DNA of 64,000 nucleotides from Rhizophagus irregularis (Eukaryota): NCBI RefSeq assembly GCF_026210795.1, contig NC_089431.1, positions 1,426,001 to 1,490,000 of the forward strand, read 5' to 3'. Shown piece by piece: positions 24,245 to 35,565 of this stretch (position 1 is its first letter; each line of letters starts with the position of its first letter). The notes under the pieces were generated by a model. It saw only the letters and a program-made list of their open reading frames with translations, ran no database searches and was not told where the DNA came from. The position numbers and the translations under genes were made by a program.

Positions 24245-24899
24245 CAGTGAATGCTAGAAAAAAAAAGAATCTAATCTAGGAGGAACACAAGTTCAGTTGA
24301 AAGAGCCAAGTCCGAATGTTAATAAAAAGAAAAAGGAATGGTTAAATACCGTTCCTAATAAGAAAGAGGGCTTTGAAATTTGCCTCATAGAGGCTAATCA
24401 TAAAAAAGAAGAAAAGTACCTCTGCTATAAAGGCAAATTATGTATATTTGTCTTTTAAAAATTTTTCTGATTAAAATTGAGGCACCTCATAACGGTGAAG
24501 ATTTGGTGCGATCTGAGGTACACAGGCGAACGCGATAAATCGGATTGATTTAGAGAAATAACCGGTATAGTAAGATATCCGATATATCAAAAAATCTTCT
24601 TATACCGGATTTATATGAAAATTATGTTAGGATCCGATGTATCAAGATACAGAAAAATAAAGCTATTCCCAAACTTTGATTAAAATATTAAAATTAAAAA
24701 AGAATGGTAAAATTGTATGCGAATTTTGGTATAAAATGATTAATTTTAATTCTGGTCAAAATTGACCATTTCAGCTGGAGTTGAACATTTTTTAAATTTA
24801 CAATAATATAAAAGTATGCTAAAAAAGGATATCCATGTAAATACAAATCAAAATACTTACATCAAATAAATTATTAATTTCTTCGTGAGTAGCACTTAA

Positions 24900-25860
24900 A
24901 TTTCCGATTATGTAATTTCAATCGGGTAGTCCTATTTTGTAAAATTTCTCGAGTATCTTTGATAGCTATTTTCGATTCCTCACTTAAAGTTTGATTGTAT
25001 AATACTGCATTTCAAATTTCTTCATTGTTCCCAAATTTTTAAAAACTTGCTCAGAGTCAGAACTCATATCACTTCTCTTTAAAGCTATATAATTGACATC
25101 ATACGTTTTGCATGAATGATATGGTGCTGTTCGAACTGTTACTAGAAAATCAAAATCTCCTTCCAAAAACAAACAAATCGTTGCAAGTTGAACAGAACCA
25201 AATGTAGTTCGATGGTATGGTCAGCACGACAGCACCACCATCAGTATAAATATCTAGCATTTCGGGCAAAATAGTATATTTTTCACGAAACACTTTAGCC
25301 ATTCAGCGGAATGCCTAAGTGCTAAGCTAGATTGAAAAACAGAGTCCTTATAGGTTACATATACTTGTCCTTGATAGAAACTTTCGCTGATATCTTTAGG
25401 AATATTACATAATAATGAAACCCGTAAAATCGGGATCACATGATGTTAACTCCATATCAGTAAATTCCAATGTAGCTTTATTGCGAACTCCTGTTGATAT
25501 TTCAACTGTTTCTCCGATTGGAACCTTATGTTTGTCATCTGCAGATATAAAGCAGGTAAAATTTCGAGATTTGATAGCAAAAAGACTTGTATAATGAAAC
25601 AATGCAGCACAATAATGTGCATCAGGATGAGATTTTCGGAGAAGTCTACTTTGTACTTTGTAAGAAATGTTAAATCGACCAGAATATTGTATAGCAGTTT
25701 TTGTATAGATGTTTTTCGGCCAAAATTGGAGTCTAATCCACTCACTGCTTGGAACCGAAATTGTTGAAAATTTTTCTTCATCATGCTTAGCTTTTAGGCG
25801 TTTCACGTAGTTCTTGAATTGATATTGCAACTGGCGTATACAAATTTGTTGATCATGTAC
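24900..25860 (-). mobile_element. Decayed DDE transposase, Zator-like
   Basis: Across three frames: SADDKHKVPIGE, CDPDF (DHDF-like), YTDGG..DH, LFLEGDFDFLVTVRTAPYHS, which follows the Zator DDK..DHDF..DGGPD..APG motif order; frameshifted. Confidence 0.6.
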
Positions 25861-25914
25861 TGCTAAAACAATCTTTCAAATAAAATCAAAATATTCATAT
25901 TAATACTTTTAATA

Positions 25915-26238
25915 TTAAATTGGAACATTAATTAAATTACTTAATTCATTAAAATATGCAAATAAATTTAGTAGTTTTTTTAATATCATAATAGAACTAT
26001 GATGTGAATTCGGTAACAGAAGGTTGTCCAAAGACTCTGAACAAGAATGTTTAGTACGGTGCATATATTGGGTAATGACATTTTCAATTAATTTTGCAAG
26101 TCTTGTAAAATTAATAAAGTCCAACCCGCAAACGTTTTCTTTGTTAAGAGCTTGTAAGTCACTCTCGTCAGGCAGGCCCGCATCTCGCAAAAAACTGATA
26201 AATTTGCGGTTTTATCCTGTTAGTAATCACGAGCCTAT
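25915..26238 (-). pseudogene. SAM-domain gene copy 3, pseudogene
   Basis: Start ATG reads ATA, Trp TGG reads TGA, and the GLKWGPA segment is deleted; FLRDAGLPDESDLQALNKENVCGLDFINFT retained. Confidence 0.75.
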
Positions 26239-27981
26239 GTTCGATTTGCACAGGATTTTTATTTTCTTTACAAAAGAAATTTGAAATTTACTACAGTGCT
26301 ATAAGGCTTAATCGTACTAATGAAAAACAATACTTTCAGTATCCATGAGTATTTTTCAAAAATATTAACCTTTCATTGTGTCATTCATCTTCCGTATCCG
26401 TAATGAATTAGTTGTATTTTGCTGACGTTCGTCCATTTGTTTTAATATTCCACGCGAATATCCGTGATAAGAATAACAAAAAAAAAGTCTTCCACGATAA
26501 ACAAAAATTTTCGTGGAATATATCTTAATTCTACGTAATTGATAATAATAAAACCTTAATACACGAAAAACATTAAATATATATATATGTAACTACATGT
26601 GTGTATTAAATAGGACTAATTACTTGTAAAGTGAAAAAACGTATTAATATTATATTTGTTGTCATTATTGAAAAGAAAGATACAGTTTAAGTGGAATTTT
26701 TCAAAGAACTTTATAAACAATTGGACAGAAGGGAGACGTTCGTTATCTTTTTGTTGAAAAAAAAGGATATTTTTTATTTATAAACTTGTATATATTTATC
26801 GTATAATTATTCATTTTTCATGAAGATAGTTTGACAGAGTCACTTGACAATCTTGACATGCCGATTCGATTTCTAAAGAACGATTAGAGTTATTGAGCTC
26901 ATTCCTGCGAATGCCTTTTTTGAGTTTTACTATATGATCAAAATATCATCACATAATATTCATCCTTAAATTTATTTGTAAAAATGATTTATTAACAAAA
27001 AACAAGAATATGTTTATTTATATATTTTCGTACTCATAAAAAAAATATTTCATGAAGAACAACAATTTGACAAGGTTTAATGGTTTAAAATTTTTTTCTT
27101 TAACGTTTCAGTTATGTATAAAGAGGTATATTTATATTGTTTTTTTCGATTGATTGAAATAAACGAAATTTCTCTGAATAATTGGAGGAAAAAATCTAAA
27201 TAATCGGCAAAAATATCTCAAATATATAAAGTCTCAAATATTTTAGGTACCCGGCGAAAAGAACGCATCAAGTTGATCAATTATTTTGATAAATACATGA
27301 AAAGATCTGGAAGAATTCGAATGACCGCATAAAGAGAGAAGCATTTTTTTCATTTGTCCATTATCGTAAGCCAAGAGGTTTATCAAAACATTTACGTGAA
27401 CGGTAAATGTTTTGTCGATTAAACCGGATGATTTACATAATCTCAATATCGAACGTATTTGATAGAATGATAAGTAATTTACACTAAAAATTTTTCCCAC
27501 ATTAAAGTTCCTACCCCTTAAATTTAAAATTTTCATTCCTCTACCATTTCTATTTTCTCACATTATAACTTTTATTACCTATTCTCAAAAAGGAAATCAT
27601 TATAATAAAATAGTCAAGTTAGGTGTAGTGACCCGTTCCTAAAAAAAAAAAAGGAAAAAAGAATGGTTAGGCACCTCAGATCGGTGAAGATTTGATGCGA
27701 TCTGAACAGTGTTCCAAAGTGACAAAATTTTTTGATGAAACTGAATAAATTAAAAGTAGAATGAATATTGATTAATCCCGAATTTTATTTATAAACAAGA
27801 ATTATCATCTCAAATATCGCTGTACAGTAGTAAAATTTACTTTTTTTTCAACGTGATAAATTAATAAATGTGATACAAAATCCCGAAATTCAATATCTCA
27901 CTCAACTTAATATTTTACAAAAACAAATAATTAACTTTTTTTTTATCAATATTTTCAATTTCGGGATTATATGGTGAATTC

Positions 27982-28122
27982 GGGATTTAGAATGTCCATT
28001 TCACTGAAATCAATTTTATCGAAATGAAATTCAGCAAAATGGATGATTCGGTGAAATGGATTCGATAAAATGCGAAACATCCTTTCGGTGAAACATCCCT
28101 TCGGCGAAATGTACCGTAATCC
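27982..28122. mobile_element. Short internally deleted copy of the 15-bp-repeat foldback family
   Basis: TTCGG(C/T)GAAA repeats ending GTACCGTAATCC. Confidence 0.6.
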
Positions 28123-28498
28123 ATGATCAAACATCACATATGAAAACGAATTTTTCTGGTAGATAATTTGAGCATCATTTTTTTTTACTTTATTCGCACG
28201 CACTTGAATAAAATTTAATGTACAGTAATGTACAAATATTCATTCCTTAAATTTATTTATAAAAATGATTTATTAACAAAAACAAAAATATGTTTATTTA
28301 TATATTTTCGTACTCATAAAAAATATTTCATAAAGAACATGAAAAAAATAACAAAGAAAAAACAAAACAAAATAGAACAATTAAAATATTATTTTTTTTT
28401 AAAAAAAAAAAAAGATCCAGAGCACGAAGGTATTGATATTTTGGATGTTTTTGTTCGCAATTTAAATTTATTTACCGCATCCGCAGTTTCCGGAGCAA

Positions 28499-28619
28499 TC
28501 CGTGCAAGTGCATGTGCTATATAAATTTAAAAATAAATATTTTTTTTTATAAAGACGCAAAATAAAAAAAAAAATTAATATTTACGTGGATCCGCAGGTT
28601 TTGCAAGGGTCGGTGCTAG
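28499..28619 (+). mobile_element. Putative Helitron 3' terminus, second copy
   Basis: Same hairpins and CTAG|T (28616-28620) as 23133-23271. Confidence 0.4.
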
Positions 28620-30240
28620 TCATTTTGTTATTTTTTTTTTGGATAGAAGTATTTGAAAAGGTTTGATTGCTTTAATTTTTTTTTTTGACGTTTCAATTAT
28701 ATGTAAAAAGAATCGATTTGAAGAATGCTAAATGGGTGAAAAGAGGGTACTTTTATATTGTTTTTTCGATTGATCGACTTTTCGAATTTTAAGTCGAATC
28801 TGAGAAAAATAAGCGCTAAAATCTGAGTAACTGGTGAAATAACGCATTAAGTCTTTATCGGGTTAGCACATGGGATGGTCGCATAAAGAGATATTTTCAT
28901 TTGTCTATTATTGTAAGCCAAGAGGTTTATCAATCACTTAAACATTTACATGAATTACATGAAACGGTCAAGTGATTTTATCAATATCGGCATTTACTTT
29001 GAGAGTAATTGATAAAGAAAGATAAAACATGAAAAATCCGGAACGTATAATTTAGGCGCTCAAAAAGATTTGCATCAGGAAAAAAAATTATCTCTGGTGA
29101 TCTAGTGTTATTAACGCAAGAGATAGTAACGATCCTACCTTATTATTAATCCGCAGTCGCGCATTAATCTAGCAGCGTTTTTAAAAAATAGAAACTTAAA
29201 TATACTAAATTTTAGTGTAAATTAATTTGTTAGTTTTCTAATAAATTAAATCTCGGATAAATTACAAAATTAAATAATAAATTAAGGTGAATTGCTCAAA
29301 TTGTCATTATACAACATATATATATATAGTGTGTTACAAAAGAAACCGGAAAATTACAAAAAAGCGTCAAAATAGCTTCCAATTTGAATCATATTACCAC
29401 TTTTTAAAAATTTTATAATTTATAGTAGAATAATGAGAAAAAAATCATTCAAATTACAAAAATGCATTAAAATGCAAAATAATTTTGAATCCTAAAGCTA
29501 CATTTTGATATCTTTAAAAGTCATAGTTGTTTTCTAACTTCCTGGAAAAACTTAAAAAAATTAACTACAAATGCTTATTTCTGGTTTAAAGACTTAGTAT
29601 AAAAATTTATTAAATAAAAGTATAAATTAAATTCACTTAAAATTCCAAGAAGCAAACTAAAATTTTTTTTTTGCAGTCTAATATAAGTTATGGTAAAAAA
29701 TGAATTTTAATTCTGAAAATTGTAATATTGGCACAGGCATATATGATAATGTAGTATTGTAAAATGTAAACTTATTATTGAAAATAAATCTTCTATTATT
29801 ATATTAATAAAAAGAGTTGAAAATTTTCATATGATTTGGAATTGATTATAATTATTATTTTTAGAATATACTTATCCGCTGCAAATAATTATTGTTCCTG
29901 CCTAAAAAACAATAGATACTGGAAATTTTGATACATTTACGTGTAGTCACACAACCGTAACTAATAATGTAAGATTTCAAGACAGATGTGACAAATCATA
30001 TGACTAAAATTGTGCAATAGTTATGGGTATTAAATAGGATTTTATTCATAAAAAATTCATTTTCAAGTTAGTCAGGACAAATAACCTATCTCAAACCCTA
30101 AAAATTATATTATTTATATATAATACTAACTGTTAGACAAAAGCTATAGTTAAATTCAGTTTATGTTACATTGCAAATTTTATTATGTTAGCGAATGCTA
30201 AAGCCATTTCAATCTGCGATAATGGTTTATACTAACTATT

Positions 30241-31439
30241 TTAAGTTAATTGGGCAAATCCAACTTGACGATTGCCTTGATCAAAAATGGTGTATACGTT
30301 CTTTAAGAATGCACTGCCAATATGCCATTCTGTGTCCGATCCTGAAGGATTTTGAAAAAAAGAATACCTTTTAAACATTTTAATTAAAAATACATTAAAC
30401 AAATCGTATAATTACCAGTATCGGCGTAAACAACAGATCCAATGCAATCATCTTCATCTATTTCAACTGTAAAATCTCTAGGATCTATATTCCAAGTCTT
30501 ACCGCTGAATACCAGACTAATTTCATGTTGTTCTTCACAAGGTAGTGCGAAGGTCCCATCATCATTGTCTATAGCAGTGGGAATTGCAGCATAAAATGTA
30601 TCAGCATCATCAGGTGGCATAATTATTCGTGTGGACCCAACATCAATAAGTCCAGTACGACCTTCGAGATTTAATTCTTCGCCATCGACAACGCAGTTAT
30701 CAATAGGGATCTCCCATTGGCCGCCATTATCATCTACTAGATGTGTAAAGGTAAGTGTATCTGTATGGTATCTATCTGGATTACTCCCACCGATTGTTAA
30801 TTCGCTTGGTGATTGATCTGCATCCCTCCCAAGCTTAAAAGAGAATTGTGGATTATCGAGCTGATTATTATTTATAAGGTTCGTGATTGGTGTGGTTTGT
30901 TCGTTTTGACTTGCGTCACTAAATGCCATCCCCATTATACCCACATATGGGTGTTCAAAATCATCAGAAATTTCATTAACCACTCCAAACTCTTGTGCAT
31001 CTACCGAAATACCCGCTATTACAATAGTGGTCTTGGCTGAATCCCCGGTTGCTCCTGTGCCATCAGCGTATTCGACTTCAAAATCTTTTCCTTCAATTGG
31101 AGTGAAAGATGTATCAAGACCTGAATCATATTTAGGTTTATCTTCGCATGCAGGTGATCCACAATTTTTACCAAAAACAAATAAATCGCCTGATCCTGTA
31201 TCAAATTGTATATCAAAATTCTGTGGGGTGCCTGTGCCAAAGGTAATTTGTCCAAAATAAGCAACATCTGGTTCTTCTTGGTTTACTGGCATGGATCCAA
31301 TTGCTCGCCTGGAAAGCCTGCGACGAGTGATTGATTTCGACTTTAGCGGAATTGTATACACATTAGGTTTGTCATAGGGTAATGCATCAACAGATAGAAA
31401 AATTGCTACTGCGAATGTAAATATATGCAAAGCGCGCAT
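30241..31439 (-). CDS. Secreted pepsin-family (A1) aspartic peptidase (~374 aa; exons 31439-30416, 30341-30241)
   Basis: Signal peptide, basic propeptide ending RR, FDTGSGD, flap EYADG, GIMGMAF, second motif IDVGS; splicing restores WHIGSAFLKNVYTIFDQGNRQVGFA-QLT-stop. Confidence 0.93.
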
Positions 31440-32513
31440 GATGAATTAAGAGTAGTATTGAGAAAGATATCTTATGTGAGTGATTTTATTCACAAAGAAA
31501 TTGCATTCTAGCTCCATTTTTATATATTTTGAGAATGCTGATCGAATAAGGTTTCTCGAAGTTAAAGAAATTTGATTCCGGCCGGATATGATCATCAAAT
31601 CCGATAATTATTTTCTCAAATTAGGGATGATCTTAAAAAGAAATTCATGTACAAATCACCTTTATAATATGAAAATTTTTGTCGATCTGAATACAATATC
31701 ATATTCATTATAGAAATATAGAAAAAGGAAACCCCAGTTTTACTGATATTATGCATCCATCAGTCACGGCAAGAATCACTATGTTCGGCTAACATGTGAT
31801 TACATAAATCCGCCGATATGAAAAATTAATTAGTCTCAAAGTAGTTCTGTTAGAATTTCTTGTCGTGTGTATTTATCAGTATCGATTATAGAGTAATTAA
31901 TTACGGCATATGAAGCTTATACCGTATTATATTAACTCGCCATAATGCCGTAATGCCGTAATTATTTAATGCCAAATATACAAAAATTAAACAAAGAAAG
32001 TAAATATTTTTATAATTTGTAAATCTATAATGCTGATCTTTGATGATTTGTTAGATATTTAAATGGTAAAATCCATATTTCTTAATGCCGTAATTTCAAT
32101 TCTGGCACCTATACCTCCTTACGAATATCTATCCTATAAATACTTTTTTTTGCATTAATCTAGAATTAGAGGATATTGATTCAACAGCATACTGAATCTT
32201 ATATTTCATCTGCGCGTATCTAGATCTAACCCAATTTTGTAGATCAAATTACAATGACAGTCGATTCATCTTTAATTGTTTCGAATTTTCCATTTCATTT
32301 AATTTAATTTCCCTCTTCTTTATACTCCTTGAGTTTCATGAAATAAAATTTTTTTTTACTTTTTTTTTTAATTATAACGAAATGTTACGGCTGTTATGCG
32401 TATTAATTTTTTTGTTTTTGAATAAATGGCCAACACAGAAGAAATCCATAACTATTCTTTTGATCCAGTTATTAAATTTAAGGCAATTTCTATTTGTACA
32501 TGGGTGTTTAATA

Positions 32514-32905
32514 CAGTCGGCTCGCGTTATAACGAATTTGGTGTCTGGGCTGATCTGACCTTCGTTATAAGAAAATTCGTTATTATTATAGGAAAATCTG
32601 GTATTTGTATATTGCGGTATACTGCATTACAATTGAAATTTATATAATGTGAATAATTTTATGTCACACGGTGAAAATTACATACGCTGAAATAAAATTC
32701 GTTTAATTTATGAAATTTTTATAAAATAGTGTCGTTATAATATAAAATTCGTTACAATGTGAGTCATTTTGTATATACTGTTTATACACTTTACTTCTTT
32801 AAACGGTATACAGCATTTAATTAGTAAAATTCGGTATAGTAATATGAAAATCCGTTGTACTAAATAATTCGTTGTATTGAAATTCGTTATAACGCGAGCC
32901 GACTG
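32514..32905. mobile_element. Tc1/mariner (pogo-like) MITE, 392 bp
   Basis: Perfect 26-bp TIR CAGTCGGCTCGCGTTATAACGAATTT flanked by TA on both sides; internal AAATTCGTTA subrepeats. Confidence 0.93.
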
Positions 32906-33041
32906 TACTTGGGTTATATAATTTATATTAAAAAAGAACCATGCGATGGTTAGTGTATGACAAATAATATAAAAATTCTAAGTTCTTAAAATAAATAGTA
33001 AAAATCAATAACGGAAGGTGATACCAGTGACAAATTAACTT

Positions 33042-33887
33042 GGGTATCAGGACATTTCGCCGAAAGGTGTTTCGCCAAAACCCATTTTGCCAAAGCCATT
33101 TCGCCGAAGGGATGTTTCTCCGAAGGGACGTTTCTCTGAAACCCATTTCACCGAATTCCATTTCGCCGAAGCCATTTCGCCGAATTGACGTTTGTCAAAT
33201 ATTATTTATTACATTTGTTTATTTTATTGCTTTTATACTAAATACATGAAGAATTTTTTCTAGAAAATTTTTGAATTAGCTAATTTTTATTAAATTCGTC
33301 TTGTTGTTTATAATATATTAATCATTTTTTACTGAATAAATGTTTTCAGGAAAATAAAGTTATTTATTTATTGCTTAACAATTAATATCAGTTACTTGAA
33401 TGTTAAAGTGATAATATCATAGAAGAAAGACACTTAAAAATAATTTTTTTGTTCAAACGTTTTGCAATTTGATTTATACGTAAATATAGCATAGCTAATA
33501 TTGCTCTCACATTATTCAAGTAAGAAATATTTTAATAATGAGAGTAATTCTTATTGTTGGTTGTTAAGAAAAGTAAATTGGTTAATTTTATTTTTATTGC
33601 AAAAATAAGTGACGTGGCAAAAGAACGTAAAATAGAAACTAAAAAAAATGAAAATATAAAGTACTCAATCAAGAATCGAAGATATTATTCAACATCTAAG
33701 TTTTATTTTATACATTTTCATTTGTATATTCGAGTGTAAATTAGAATATCTATTAAGGTTCCTGATGTAATTTAATAATAAAAAAAAAAATTTATTTTCA
33801 TTGCGTGATTAATATTTTTATAAAAGTGATAATCGCTATTATTTCTATCATTTTTGGCAAAATGGTTCAGCGAAATGTACCGTAACC
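33042..33887. mobile_element. Foldback/Mutator-like non-autonomous element (family of 1630-2247)
   Basis: GGGTATCAGGACATTTCGCCGAA plus an array of 15-bp repeats; right end GCGAAATGTACCGTAACC. Confidence 0.72.
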
Positions 33888-33949
33888 AGTTTAAACACCC
33901 TAGTGCATATTATACGTTGTATCTTCAAATGAAAAAAATGCGAAATATA

Positions 33950-34308
33950 CTCTGGATTAAGTCTTTCCACTATTTCATCTAACGCAAGTACTTGTAATCC
34001 ATCCAAAAGAACTTCAAATGTATTTCCATGTGATATCCTCTGAGGAATAGCCATTTAAGTTGTTCTTCAAAATATTCTTTGCTTAAATTACACTCTTTCA
34101 ACTTCGAATAAAATTCCTTTACCGTATAATTGCCTTGATCCTTTATCCCAAATAAAAATTCCGTTCTTTTGGTCCATTCAAGGTTCGCCTCTCTTTTTCC
34201 ATATATCATTTATACTGCGAGAATTTTCAGATTCCGTTCTGGAAGATTCTTTAAAATAATTGATATTATCTCCGGCGGAGGTTGTTCTAATAAATTAACT
34301 ATATGCAT
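33950..34308 (-). pseudogene. F-box + retrotransposon Gag/capsid-like domain pseudogene
   Basis: MHIVNLLEQPPPEIISIILKNLPERNLK(fs)NSRSINDIW(fs)KREAN is F-box-like; IKDQGNYTVKEFYSKL..LKWLFLRG(fs).S resembles the Gag major homology region and following helix. Confidence 0.55.
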
Positions 34309-34473
34309 TTTTTATATAGTTAGAAGATATTTCAATCGGAAAAAATAAGGTATTAGCGGTATATGTAGCCCAGAAAAAAATCTTCCAGGCAGATGATCAC
34401 TACTCTAGATGTAATAACCCTCGTTCCAATAATAAATAAAAAATTATTTGAGGTACTTAATCTCGATAAAAAA

Positions 34474-35565
34474 ATGGCGCTTGCTCTACCTGAAATACTA
34501 AATAAGATTCTAAATGTCTTAGCTAAAGATAACACACTATATCCCACTTTTCTCGTCTCTAAACTTGGTTCATGTGCGCCAGTCCAATTTTATGAAATGT
34601 TTATGACATTCGTGGCATGACGCGACTGGAAAAGTTCATTCAAATAAATCCTAGACCGATTTATAAACAGTCTGCAATACCTCGTAATTGCGCACCATTC
34701 TAATCTTTTGAATGAGATAATTGAAAAAATCGTTCAAAAATTTTCCAAATATAATTCATCTAGATTTTCTAGATTTGGGGGAAGTACAGGCTTTGATAAT
34801 AAAGCTTTAATTAAGCATATCCTAACCTGATCCATCTTAACGTTTTTAGCAATGGAGGTTTAAACGACCATTCTATCACTAAAATTGCAAAGAAATATAA
34901 TAAATTGTAGTTTTTAGATATTGGTTGGGCGGAGAAATCACTCTGTGAAATTGCGCACGGCTCATGTAATAAGTTAAAACACCTAGGAATTAGTGGATAT
35001 CAGAATCTTATCACTGATAGTATTATACATAATATCGCAGAATCCTACCTTATCCTCCAATCCTTAGATATTAGTGATTGTAATAGACTTACTGATACTG
35101 CTATTTATACCATCACAGGTTTATATCCAAATCTAAGAAGTTTAAAACTTAAGCACTGTGATGGAATAAGTGATACTGCCATCAGGAAAATCGCACAACA
35201 TCATTATTTGGAATATCTAAAACTATGCAGTATGAAAAGTTCTTAGTGATAAATCAATATGCATTATTGCGCAATCATGCCCAAATATCCAATATCTTGA
35301 TTTTCAATTTTGCAACATTACTAACAGAGCTGTAAAAGAAATTTCCAATTCATCAATTTCTAAAATTGCAACGTGTTCTAGTATTGTATATCTTTATCTT
35401 GGACATGCTGAGTTCGTTTTCAATACAACACTTAAAGCTGTTGCAGAACATTTAAATAGTGTAGAATATCTTGGCCTGAAAAATTGTTATAGAGTTAGTC
35501 AAAAAATAGTGAACAAGATATTTCCTGATCTCAAAATAGGAGGGTATTATACACTTCCTATTTAA
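34474..35565 (+). pseudogene. F-box/leucine-rich-repeat (RNI-like) pseudogene
   Basis: MALALPEILNKILNVLAKD..LV (F-box) followed by broken LRR units such as LQSLDISDCNRLTDTAI, LRSLKLKHCDGISDTAI, SCPNIQYLDFQFCNITNRAV. Confidence 0.75.

Larger units (their letters stand above)
22440..28990. repeat. Degenerate segmental tandem duplications of non-coding DNA upstream of the SAM genes
   Basis: 22450-22690 resembles 26455-26760; 22900-23950 resembles 26960-27670 and 28230-28990; 24481-24516 resembles 27670-27705. Confidence 0.8.

Noticed and set aside
30631..31267. Antisense or alternate-frame ORFs in the protease, also within SEN1, URA3 and the kinase
   Set aside because: Shadows of real coding sequence.
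33042..33200. CRISPR-like array
   Set aside because: 15-bp periodic units without unique spacers; these are transposon subterminal repeats in a eukaryote.
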